A model generated the notes under the pieces. The model made no database searches. It saw nothing but the letters and a program-made list of their open reading frames with translations, and was not told the origin of the DNA. DNA of 64,000 nt, taken from positions 1 to 64,000 of IMG/VR virus record IMGVR_UViG_3300030101_002616. The stretch is one strand, 5' to 3'. Positions within the stretch are counted from its first letter, which is position 1, and each line of letters begins with the position of its first letter. Origin of the DNA: a virus. A program made the position numbers and the translations under genes. Shown piece by piece: positions 26,821 through 35,783 of the stretch.

Positions 26821-28829
26821 TGAATAACTTTACTAAATTTTTATACGCATTTTTAATAGTCGCAGTATTTACTGCAGCTTCAGCGTTTGGACAATGTCCT
26901 CCAGGATCTTGGAGTTTAGATATAACTGTAAATCCTGATCAATATCCAGAAGAAACAACTTGGCATTTAGTTACGTTTAGTGGTGACACTTTGTTAGAAG
27001 GTGGGCCATATACTAATATAGTAGATTATGAACCACAGTACGCAGGTATATGTGTACCTGTTGATAGTTTTCTGTTTATATTAAACGATCAATATGGTGA
27101 CGGTGTTGCAGGTAGCTTGTGGGGTGGTAATGATGGTTCTATTTATATAGAGCAATGTGGTGATACTATATGGACTTTACCTGTAGCTGATTTTGGCTAT
27201 CAAATATATGATACAATATATACTTCTGGATGTCCTCCGCCCCCACCAATATACGGGTGTATGGATAGCAGTTATGTAGAGTTTGACTTAACAGCTACAT
27301 TAGACACAGGTATGTGTTTTACACCAAAGATATATGGATGTACAGACTCATTAGCATATAATTATATAGACTCAGCTAATACAGATATAAATATAGATAG
27401 CTGTATGCATGAGTTAGAATTAACCGACTTAGCTGGAAATGGCTGGGCTGGTTCTTCATTAAAACTATCACAGGCAACTAGTATGATGCCGCCATTTAAC
27501 TATCAAGTTATTGGTACGTATACATTGCTAGATGGTTTTGATACAACGTTCTTTATAAATTTAGCAGCAGGGTATCCTGTTAGAGCAGTGTTTGAAATTA
27601 CACAGCAATCAGACTTTACTGCAGTACAATGTGGCTATAGCTTATATTCTGAAGATTATGTAGCTATAGATATAGAAGGTGGATTTGTAAATCCTATACC
27701 TCCATTCTTTCCTATTATGGGAGATCCATACTGCGGTAATAATTGTATAGAAAGAACATATGGTTGTATAGACAGCCTAGCAGTAAATTATAACAATACA
27801 GTAAATACAGATGATGGAACTTGTTACTATAATCCAGGGTGTACTAATCCACTTTATTTGGAGTATGACGCGGCTTATGACTATGACGATGGTAGTTGTA
27901 TTACGATGGTTGTATACGGATGTATGGACTCAACTGCACTTAATTACGATCCATTGGCTAACGTTGAGTTACCTAACTCTTGTATTGCTATCGTAGAAGG
28001 GTGCACTGACAGTACAATGTTTAATTATAATATCAATGCAAATGTTGATGATGGTAGTTGTATATCTTTTTACTACGGATGTACAGACCCAACAGCATTT
28101 AACTATGATAGCTTAGCGAACACAGACGACGGCTCATGCATATCCGTTGTTTGGGGCTGCACTGACCCTGCGGCCTTTAACTACAATTCATTAGCTAATA
28201 GCGATGATGGATCATGTATACCAGTAATATTTGGTTGTACAGATCCTAGTATGTTTAACTATTGTGACACTTGTAACACAGATAATGGTAGTTGTATACC
28301 TTACATATATGGATGTATGGATAGTACAGCTATGAATTATGATGCTACAGCTAACACAGATAATAACACTTGTATATATCCATTCCCTGGTTGTATGGAT
28401 ATTACAGCTGTAAACTATGAACCGTTAGCTAATGTTACTGATAGTAGTTGTTACTATGAGTCAGGGTGTGATGCAAGTGTTCCATATTATATACCTAACT
28501 CGTGTTTTGAATGGGTTATACAAGTAGATCCATATTGCTGTGATAATAGTTGGGATGAGCCTTGCTATGATTTATATAACTATTGTGTAGATGGTTGGAC
28601 AGGTCCTACAGACATAGCAATGTTTGAGAGAGTAGGCGTACTACCATATCCTAATCCATCAACAGGTGTAGTAAACTTTACAGCTGAGGTAGGAATAAAA
28701 GTATACGACATGTTAGGTAAGTTGATATTAGAAGATAAATCAAATACAATAAAACTTAACAAAGGTATATATCTAATTAAGATTTCTAAGGAAAACTTAA
28801 ACATAACAACAAAACTAATTATAGAATGA
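26820..28829 (+). CDS. T9SS type A sorting-domain protein with Cys-rich GCxD repeats
   Basis: Sec signal ...ASAFG-Q; PDQYPEETTW/DQYGDG N-domain; 11 GCxD repeats; C-terminal YPNPSTG...VYDMLGK...KGIYLIKI...TTKLIIE is the canonical Por/T9SS type A CTD. Confidence 0.9.
   Translation: MNNFTKFLYAFLIVAVFTAASAFGQCPPGSWSLDITVNPDQYPEETTWHLVTFSGDTLLEGGPYTNIVDYEPQYAGICVPVDSFLFILNDQYGDGVAGSLWGGNDGSIYIEQCGDTIWTLPVADFGYQIYDTIYTSGCPPPPPIYGCMDSSYVEFDLTATLDTGMCFTPKIYGCTDSLAYNYIDSANTDINIDSCMHELELTDLAGNGWAGSSLKLSQATSMMPPFNYQVIGTYTLLDGFDTTFFINLAAGYPVRAVFEITQQSDFTAVQCGYSLYSEDYVAIDIEGGFVNPIPPFFPIMGDPYCGNNCIERTYGCIDSLAVNYNNTVNTDDGTCYYNPGCTNPLYLEYDAAYDYDDGSCITMVVYGCMDSTALNYDPLANVELPNSCIAIVEGCTDSTMFNYNINANVDDGSCISFYYGCTDPTAFNYDSLANTDDGSCISVVWGCTDPAAFNYNSLANSDDGSCIPVIFGCTDPSMFNYCDTCNTDNGSCIPYIYGCMDSTAMNYDATANTDNNTCIYPFPGCMDITAVNYEPLANVTDSSCYYESGCDASVPYYIPNSCFEWVIQVDPYCCDNSWDEPCYDLYNYCVDGWTGPTDIAMFERVGVLPYPNPSTGVVNFTAEVGIKVYDMLGKLILEDKSNTIKLNKGIYLIKISKENLNITTKLIIE
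27761..28455 (+). repeat. Nine tandem ~26-aa coding repeats GCxDxxAxNYxxxANxDDGSC
   Basis: Visible in the translation; roughly 78-nt period with synonymous divergence. Confidence 0.9.
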
Positions 28830-29293
28830 AATTAGAAGTATTAAGATTTAGCTCACAGTCAGACTGTACACATGGATTGTTGTTTGAAGTAAATGATTTA
28901 GGCAGACACTTCTTGTGCTATACATTAGAAGACGAACATCGTGTTCTAAAAGTAAAAGGCGAGACAAGAATACCATCAGGTACATATAAAATAGAACTAA
29001 GAAAAGAAGGAGGATTTCATGCTAGATACGATAAAAAATATCCTGGTATACACCGTGGTATGTTGCATGTCATTGATGTTCCTGGTTTTGAGTATATTCT
29101 TATTCATACTGGAAACACTGACGAGCATACTGCTGGTTGTCTTATCGTTGGAGACAGTCAAGAAAACAATCTTATTCTCCGCGATGGGTTCGTTGGTAAG
29201 AGCGTTAACGCGTATAAGAGGATTTATCCAGCTATTGCAAAGGCAATAGAACAAGGAGAAGAAGTAACGATAGAATATATTGATTTTGATTAA
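28826..29293 (+). CDS. DUF5675-family protein (candidate peptidoglycan-acting lysis enzyme)
   Basis: CYTLED...ETRIPSGTY...DVPGFEYILIHTGN...HTAGCLIVG; the His...GC pair resembles an L,D-transpeptidase-like active site. Confidence 0.75.
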   Translation: MKLEVLRFSSQSDCTHGLLFEVNDLGRHFLCYTLEDEHRVLKVKGETRIPSGTYKIELRKEGGFHARYDKKYPGIHRGMLHVIDVPGFEYILIHTGNTDEHTAGCLIVGDSQENNLILRDGFVGKSVNAYKRIYPAIAKAIEQGEEVTIEYIDFD

Positions 29294-30447
29294 TGAAGTT
29301 TATAGGTCAGTACATACAAGATTTTATTGCTAGATTTAGAAGCGATGTTTACTTAGAAGATGTAAGCAGCGGTACTATTGCTAGTGGTGGTAACTTAGGT
29401 CTAGATTCAAACAACAAAATAGTCAAAGCAACTATAAGCAGCACAACAGATTTAGCTAGTGATGTTACAGGTACTTTACCTGTAGCTAATGGCGGAACTG
29501 GCGCAACAACCTTAACATCAAACTCTATATTAACAGGTAACGGTACATCTGCAGTTCAAGCAGAATCTGGATTAACATACGATTCAGAAGCATTAGATGT
29601 TGGAGACGATGATGATGGCGCTGCTCAGATAAGAAGATTAAGACATACTGACGAGGCAGGAGGAGATTTATATATAAGAGGCGGTGATGCTACTGGTACA
29701 AATAAAGCAGGTGGAGATTTACAATTATTTGGCGGTAGAGCAACTGGTAATGCCAATGGAGGATCAATAATTTTACAAACAGGAGCTCTTGGTGAAAGTA
29801 GTGGAACGACTTTACGAGGCACAAGCACTATAGCTTCATTTAGAGGTTCTGATAAAAAAACATTATTAACTGGTAATTTAATATTTGAAGGACCTGTAGT
29901 AGATGGTAATGACACAGAATTTTCTATAACAGAGCAAACTGCAAATAGAACAATAACGATTCCTGATGCTTCTGGTACTATAGCTTTTTTAGATAGTGAT
30001 ATTACAGGTACTGCGACTAACGCTACAAAACAAATATTTGTTACAACGCATAACTTTCAGCTAAACAACAATACTAGCATTAAAAATTATGTACCGTTTA
30101 ATAACTTAAACGAAAGTACTAGCGGAGGTCCTATGAATAATTATTGGACTAGAACTTTAGCTCCTTATCCTGGTACTATAAAAAAGATAGCAGTAAGGTC
30201 TCAAACAAGCTTAGGTTCTAGCTGTGAGCTAAGAATATCAAAAATAACAGACACTACAGATAAATTAGAAGACGGTACGCATGTTGATAATACAGGCATA
30301 GATTTAAGTACTGCTCAAACAACTGTAATAACAACAATGAATACTAATAGTTTTGCCGCAGGAGATGCTGTAGGTGTAGCTCTTCAAAGAAGTGCTGGTA
30401 CAGCCGCGCAAGTAATAGTAACAATAGTTTGGGAATATACAACATAA
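29293..30447 (+). CDS. Second tail fibre / spike-like protein
   Basis: VTGTLPVANGGTG, GGDLYIRGG/GGDLQLFGG repeats, TANRTITIPDASGT motif, C-terminal beta-sandwich. Confidence 0.7.
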   Translation: MKFIGQYIQDFIARFRSDVYLEDVSSGTIASGGNLGLDSNNKIVKATISSTTDLASDVTGTLPVANGGTGATTLTSNSILTGNGTSAVQAESGLTYDSEALDVGDDDDGAAQIRRLRHTDEAGGDLYIRGGDATGTNKAGGDLQLFGGRATGNANGGSIILQTGALGESSGTTLRGTSTIASFRGSDKKTLLTGNLIFEGPVVDGNDTEFSITEQTANRTITIPDASGTIAFLDSDITGTATNATKQIFVTTHNFQLNNNTSIKNYVPFNNLNESTSGGPMNNYWTRTLAPYPGTIKKIAVRSQTSLGSSCELRISKITDTTDKLEDGTHVDNTGIDLSTAQTTVITTMNTNSFAAGDAVGVALQRSAGTAAQVIVTIVWEYTT

Positions 30448-30450
30448 ATT

Positions 30451-30984
30451 ATGGCTTTAGCAAATAAAAAAATAACAGATATATTTAATAAAAAAACTGG
30501 AGGAGCAAAAGACTCTAAGTCTATAACAGATTCAGTAGAGCTTGATATTAAAACTAAGTTTGACAACGGTGAGCATATTGAAGATAATGGTATGTTTACT
30601 AATTTAGCTCCAGCTCTGTATGCCGTGCAGCAAGTTGCAGATGATATAGAAGAAATAAGAAGATTTATTACTAGCGAAATAACTAGTATATCTACATCAC
30701 AAGCTAATGCTATAACAGCTAATACGGCTAAGACTACTTTTCCTGGTTTTGGAACAAGTTCAGGCACAGCATTAGAAGGTGATACCACTACAATAACTAC
30801 TACACAAGCAAATGAAATTACAGCTAACACAGCTAAAGTAAGTCAGGGTTTAAAAACTGCAAACATGTCGATGCAGTTTGATGTAGTAAATACAAAAGGA
30901 ACATATACGTTAACAATAACTATTATTGATAGTACTAATCCTAAAGCGCCAGTAACTAAAACAGTAACTTTAAATTTAAAGTGA
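30451..30984 (+). CDS. Putative fibre-associated protein with duplicated QANxITANTAK
   Basis: Internal repeat ISTSQANAITANTAK / ITTTQANEITANTAK. Confidence 0.6.
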   Translation: MALANKKITDIFNKKTGGAKDSKSITDSVELDIKTKFDNGEHIEDNGMFTNLAPALYAVQQVADDIEEIRRFITSEITSISTSQANAITANTAKTTFPGFGTSSGTALEGDTTTITTTQANEITANTAKVSQGLKTANMSMQFDVVNTKGTYTLTITIIDSTNPKAPVTKTVTLNLK

Positions 30985-31424
30985 GGTATATATACAGAAA
31001 TATAACAACAGCACACACTCCTGTGATATGTATTCCTAGAGAAAGGGAAGACTCAGTTATTGTAATACATAAATGTGATATAGCAAATGTAAGCGGTAGC
31101 GATGCTACTGTTAGTGTATATTTAGAAACTTATGATATTAATAAAACAGAACATCTATTTGGAAATCAAGACATAGGTAATTATACTGAAACTATTGATG
31201 ACTATACAGATAAAGCAGATCAAGAGATTTATTATAAGATAAAAAATGTTAGTGTACCGGTAGGAACTACACTATCACTATTTACAGATCATCCTTGTGG
31301 TCATGATAACAAATTTAATTTTGTAATAGAGACTTCACAAAATGTAGATGTAATTTTAGATTATAAAATTAATGAAATAGAAAAATCTAGAAGCATAACA
31401 ACAAGAACTATAAATCAATACTAA
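30981..31424 (+). CDS. Hypothetical beta-rich protein, 147 aa
   Basis: GTGA-coupled ORF. Confidence 0.6.
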   Translation: MRYIYRNITTAHTPVICIPREREDSVIVIHKCDIANVSGSDATVSVYLETYDINKTEHLFGNQDIGNYTETIDDYTDKADQEIYYKIKNVSVPVGTTLSLFTDHPCGHDNKFNFVIETSQNVDVILDYKINEIEKSRSITTRTINQY

Positions 31425-31425
31425 T

Positions 31426-31845
31426 ATGATACAAAAAGTAATGGGCGGATTATTTGGCAAAGTGCTAGACAACGCTGAAGGAATACTAGACAAAGTAATT
31501 ACAACTGATAAAGAAAGAGATCAGGCTAAGATAGAATTACAAAAGATAATGCTAGAAGCAGAACGTGAAGCTTTTGCTAAAGAAGTAGAAGATAGAAAGT
31601 CTGCAAGAGATATGTATAAAGATGATGCTATCATCCAAAAAGTGTTAGCAACTTTGTTCACAGTTGCATACTTTGGTATTAGTTTTGTGATGTTTAATCA
31701 CTTTGTTCTAGGAGATATAAACTTGGGAGAGTTTGAAATTAGCTTTATTTCTACTATCTTTGGAGCAATGTCGGCAAAAGTCAACACAATTGTTGATTTC
31801 TTTTTTGGCGGCAGTTCAAAGAAAAATAGTAACGAAGACAAATAA
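31426..31845 (+). CDS. Putative holin
   Basis: LDKVITTDKER...DRKSARDM, two TM helices, FFFGGS plus charged tail; resembles the GTA-type 3TM holin pattern. Confidence 0.7.
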   Translation: MIQKVMGGLFGKVLDNAEGILDKVITTDKERDQAKIELQKIMLEAEREAFAKEVEDRKSARDMYKDDAIIQKVLATLFTVAYFGISFVMFNHFVLGDINLGEFEISFISTIFGAMSAKVNTIVDFFFGGSSKKNSNEDK

Positions 31846-31860
31846 CCAACAACCAATATT

Positions 31861-32991
31861 ATGACCAAAGACGAAGTAAAAGCTTTTCTAAAAGAGAAGC
31901 CTGGCTACCTTAAGGAAGGTGCTGCTAGACTATCAGAGAAGCTAAATTGTAGTGTAGAAACATGTAGACATGCATTAACAGAAGCGCGAATAGATGCAAA
32001 AGGATCTGACTTTGATCTGGATAACGTAAGTACTTCAGAGATAAGTGAGTTCAAACAGTTCTTAAAAGATAATGAAATAGAAGAAACAGATGTCAAGTCT
32101 GTAAAGTTTTGGCAAAACATGCAAGGGGATCATAGATTCTCTGTCGTAGTCAAAGGAGAAGACGATCTAATGAAGCAAGCAAAGGAAGAAATGATTGCAC
32201 TTCTAGAGTCTTACAGCCCAAAGGTTGAACAGGATTACAACACCGTCCAAGACCCAGTTACATATGAGATCTCCTTACCAGATATTCACTATGGTAAGTA
32301 TACTGGACAGACACTTGACCAAGCTGAGGAGGAGTATATGAATACTGTAAAAGATTTGTTGTCTAAGGCGGAAGGCCTAAACATAGAAAGAATCTTGTTG
32401 CCTATAGGTAATGATGGTATGAACTCTGAGGGATATTCCCGTGCTACCACTAAAGGTACACCTCAGCAAGATTCAGCAGAATGGCAAGAAACATTTGTAG
32501 GATATTGTAACCTAATGGTAAGAGCAATAAACTACTTAGCTAAATCTGCACCTGTAGATGTGATTATTGTGCAAGGTAATCATGACTATGAAAGAATGTT
32601 TTATGCAGGTGAATACCTGAGAGCGTTCTTTAAAAATGATGATAGAGTTGATGTTGATAATAACTTTGACTCTAGAAAATACTATAAATACGGAGTTAAC
32701 TTAATTATGTTTACACACGGAGATAAAGAGAAACCAGCTGAGATGCCGTTAATAATGGCTACTGAACAACCTATGTTATTTGCACAGACTAAGTTTAGAG
32801 AGGTTCACTGCGGACATAAACATAAAGAACAAGTTAATGAATATCGAGGAGTAAAGGTAAGATTTATACCATCAATATGTGGTAATGACTCATGGCATAA
32901 GATGATGGGTTACGAAGCAAAGAGAACAGGCCAAGCACATATATGGAGTAAAGAGCGCGGATATGAAGGATATTTACAAACGAACATATAA
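31861..32991 (+). CDS. Calcineurin-like metallophosphoesterase
   Basis: PDIHYG, IGND, QGNHD, THGD and GHKH motifs in canonical order. Confidence 0.85.
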   Translation: MTKDEVKAFLKEKPGYLKEGAARLSEKLNCSVETCRHALTEARIDAKGSDFDLDNVSTSEISEFKQFLKDNEIEETDVKSVKFWQNMQGDHRFSVVVKGEDDLMKQAKEEMIALLESYSPKVEQDYNTVQDPVTYEISLPDIHYGKYTGQTLDQAEEEYMNTVKDLLSKAEGLNIERILLPIGNDGMNSEGYSRATTKGTPQQDSAEWQETFVGYCNLMVRAINYLAKSAPVDVIIVQGNHDYERMFYAGEYLRAFFKNDDRVDVDNNFDSRKYYKYGVNLIMFTHGDKEKPAEMPLIMATEQPMLFAQTKFREVHCGHKHKEQVNEYRGVKVRFIPSICGNDSWHKMMGYEAKRTGQAHIWSKERGYEGYLQTNI

Positions 32992-32994
32992 CAC

Positions 32995-33678
32995 ATGACA
33001 CTAAATGAGATTGCATATAATATTTTAAACTTGGTTAGAGGTGGTAGATCTAGCAATAATGAACACATATCTCTTGATCAAGTTAAATTTAATGTGAAGT
33101 ACTACAGAGCTATGCTTATACGTAGAGACTTTGCTAGAAACGGTACTATAACTAGACACTTAGAACAAGATCTTAAATGCTTAGAGCTAGTTAAAGTAGA
33201 CGCGTCAAAGTGTTGCAATCTTCCTACAGAGTGTGCGGTGTATAAAACTATTAGAAAGATACCAAGAACAGTTAGATTTAATTTTAAGGATGCAGTTACT
33301 TATGTAGGCGCTATTGATGGTAAAACTAATATACCAATAGTAGAATCACACACGGTACAATGGTTACCATATGATAAGTACACTAAAAATAAAATGAAAG
33401 CTTATATGATTGAAGATCATTTGTATGTATACAATGCAGATGGTCTGAAGTTTATAAATGTCAGAGGGATATTTGAAGACCCTGAAGAACTCTCTGAGTA
33501 TGATTGTGACGGAAATGATTGCTATGATAGCGAATCACCATTTCCTATCCCTATGGATATGTTACAAACAATTACACAAGGTATTATGAGCGGAGAGCTT
33601 ATGATGCTATCAACGTCAGTAAATGACACAACTAATGATACGATGCAGGATCAGGGCAGACCTGCACCAAGACAATAA
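32995..33678 (+). CDS. Tail ring / tubular protein (crAss-like)
   Basis: TLNEIAYNI, CLELVKVD, VRGIFEDP, FPIP motifs. Confidence 0.7.
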   Translation: MTLNEIAYNILNLVRGGRSSNNEHISLDQVKFNVKYYRAMLIRRDFARNGTITRHLEQDLKCLELVKVDASKCCNLPTECAVYKTIRKIPRTVRFNFKDAVTYVGAIDGKTNIPIVESHTVQWLPYDKYTKNKMKAYMIEDHLYVYNADGLKFINVRGIFEDPEELSEYDCDGNDCYDSESPFPIPMDMLQTITQGIMSGELMMLSTSVNDTTNDTMQDQGRPAPRQ

Positions 33679-33702
33679 TTATAATTATAAATATTTTTAA
33701 AA

Positions 33703-34443
33703 ATGAATAAGAAAAAAATGATGTACGGAGGGTCTAAGAAAAAGATGATGATGTACGGTGGTAAAAAAATGATGCAAAAAGGCGGTAAGCTAAGGATGGT
33801 AAAAGGTCCTGATGGCAAGATGGTTCCTTTCTATGCAGCTGACGGTAAAGGTAAGATGCAGATGGGCGGGAGTAATAGTTTGCCAGCTAAGGTACCAGCA
33901 GCAAAATTTGAGCGAGGTGATGGACCAGATAAAGGAATGTCTAAAAGAGATATGCGAAAGCGAGATAGAAAGAAAAGGAAAATAGAAAAAAGAATTGGCA
34001 GGATAATAGGTAAGGAAGGAGCAGCCACAGCTAAAATGCAGATGGGCGGTAACTTAGCTGATGTTAACATGAAAGATGCTAGAGAAGCAAAAAGAACTAG
34101 ACGTCGTGGTGAGAGAGGTATGGCAAAAGATGATGCTAAAAGAGCTAGAGCTGCTAACCGAATTAAGCGTGCTGGTGAAAGAGCTATGGCTAAGGACGAT
34201 AGACAGAACAAAAGAGCTAGCAGAAAAGCAAACAGAAAAATGGATGCTGCTGAAAGAAAGCTGTTAGCTGGGAGACAAGCTACTGCTCAAGGCAAGCTAA
34301 AGAAGGCTACTAGAAAAACTAGAAAAGTTGGTAAGAAACTTGGACAAGCTAGTAAAGCAATGATGGGCATGGGCGGTAAAAAGATGATGTACCAAATGGG
34401 TGGATTCATCGAGCCAGGTGTATTTGACTTAGATAGAGACTAG
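33703..34443 (+). CDS. Very basic low-complexity protein with MYGG/QMGG repeats
   Basis: K/R/M/G-rich, 246 aa, seven xxGG motifs. Confidence 0.75.
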   Translation: MNKKKMMYGGSKKKMMMYGGKKMMQKGGKLRMVKGPDGKMVPFYAADGKGKMQMGGSNSLPAKVPAAKFERGDGPDKGMSKRDMRKRDRKKRKIEKRIGRIIGKEGAATAKMQMGGNLADVNMKDAREAKRTRRRGERGMAKDDAKRARAANRIKRAGERAMAKDDRQNKRASRKANRKMDAAERKLLAGRQATAQGKLKKATRKTRKVGKKLGQASKAMMGMGGKKMMYQMGGFIEPGVFDLDRD

Positions 34444-34907
34444 TGCAACACACCATCTCTCACATATACAATGATTATGTAGAGGCTGACAGCAGTATAT
34501 CAAAGCAAACTTTTGTAGATATATGCAGTGAGTTTAATATGATGATTATAGATTACATTCTAGACGGTAAAGAGTTTAACATGGGGTATAACCTATCAAC
34601 TCTTTCCGTCGTAAGAATGGAGAGAGATCCTAGAAATCCAGGTATAGACTGGGGTGAGTCAAACAAATATAAAGCTGAGCTATTAGAAAATGGTAGTAAG
34701 CTTTACAACAAAGACACTGGAGACGGTGTCAAATGGCACATATACTATACAGACAATGAGTATCTTAAATACTACTGGCGTAAAGGTAAGTGCAAAGTAA
34801 AGAACAAAACAGTTTACAGATTTGATGCTACACGAGGAGTGAAGGGCAACAAGGGTAGACTGAAGGAATTAGATGAACTAGATTATTTAAAATTTAAAAA
34901 GAATTAG
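34443..34907 (+). CDS. Divergent IHF/HU-like protein (crAss-type)
   Basis: FVDICSEFNMMIIDYILDGKEFNMGYNLSTLSV resembles the IHF helix-strand core; position near ring genes as in crAss-like phages. Confidence 0.55.
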   Translation: MQHTISHIYNDYVEADSSISKQTFVDICSEFNMMIIDYILDGKEFNMGYNLSTLSVVRMERDPRNPGIDWGESNKYKAELLENGSKLYNKDTGDGVKWHIYYTDNEYLKYYWRKGKCKVKNKTVYRFDATRGVKGNKGRLKELDELDYLKFKKN

Positions 34908-34909
34908 AG

Positions 34910-35491
34910 ATGCCAAAAGACGCGTGTTATCATAAGGTTGTAGCCCGTTACGGTCCTAAGACATCTGCATACAGAAGTGGTGCGATGGCTAAGTGTCGTA
35001 AGGTTGGAGCTGCTAACTGGGGAAATAAAAGTAAAAAAGAAAAAGGTGGATTAGCTGCTAGTCTAATGTCAGACGTATATGGTAGTGGCCGCAAGTTAAA
35101 GAAAAGACAGAATGGCGGTCAGTCTAATATTGGACCAAAGTCGGCAAAGAGATTTAGAGAAAATCCATTTCCTGGTCCTGCGTTTACTAAGGAACAGGAA
35201 GCGCAAGCAGCAAGAGCAAGGAAGAAGGTTAAAAGGGCACTTAAAGACCCGTACGGAACACTCAGAAAGATAGGAAAGAAAATAAGAAAGAAACTGAAAA
35301 TGAAAAATGGAGGAGTTTCTAAAGTTAAAGGTGTTAGTACAGAAGGATTAACATCTAGACAAGCTACTACGTTAAAGAAACATTCTGTACATCATACTAG
35401 AAAACATATACAATCAATGGTTAATGCTATGAAGAAAGGTGCATCATTTAGTGCATCACATAAGATGGCGCAGAAAAAAGTTGGATCATAA
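34910..35491 (+). CDS. Basic modular protein (KDACYHKV module ... KKHSVHH module)
   Basis: 193 aa; segments separated by EKGG, QNGG and KNGG. Confidence 0.75.
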   Translation: MPKDACYHKVVARYGPKTSAYRSGAMAKCRKVGAANWGNKSKKEKGGLAASLMSDVYGSGRKLKKRQNGGQSNIGPKSAKRFRENPFPGPAFTKEQEAQAARARKKVKRALKDPYGTLRKIGKKIRKKLKMKNGGVSKVKGVSTEGLTSRQATTLKKHSVHHTRKHIQSMVNAMKKGASFSASHKMAQKKVGS

Positions 35492-35781
35492 TGGCTGTAA
35501 GAAAAACTGCTGCAGGCGCTAGACTAAAGCGTTGGTTTAAAGAAAAGTGGAGAACACCTCGTGGTAATAAAGACTACAGTGGAGGTGAGAACACATTTAG
35601 ACCTACTAGACGTATATCTAAAGATACACCATCTACGTGGTCTGAACTGTCTGCATCAGAGAAGGCTAGAGCTCAGCAAGAGAAGAATACTAAAGGAAGA
35701 GTTAGTAGATATAAAAAGAAAAAGAAAGTTAAACGTGCGAAGGGTGGTGGATTTATACTACCTGGACCAACAATGATATAA
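35491..35781 (+). CDS. Small basic protein (DUF5872-like, LKRWFKEKW...FRPTRRISKDTP)
   Basis: Motif recalled from aquatic-phage small proteins; family label unverified. Confidence 0.6.
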   Translation: MAVRKTAAGARLKRWFKEKWRTPRGNKDYSGGENTFRPTRRISKDTPSTWSELSASEKARAQQEKNTKGRVSRYKKKKKVKRAKGGGFILPGPTMI

Positions 35782-35783
35782 CT

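Noticed and set aside
27761-28455. CRISPR array or DGR template/variable repeats
   Set aside because: The repeats are in-frame coding units diverging at synonymous sites, with no spacers, no adenine-specific variation and no reverse transcriptase in the window.
24272-28829. Host chromosomal contamination or prophage boundary
   Set aside because: The genes are translationally coupled to phage genes on both sides with similar AT-rich composition; no integrase, att site or housekeeping genes. Read-level confirmation is still advisable.
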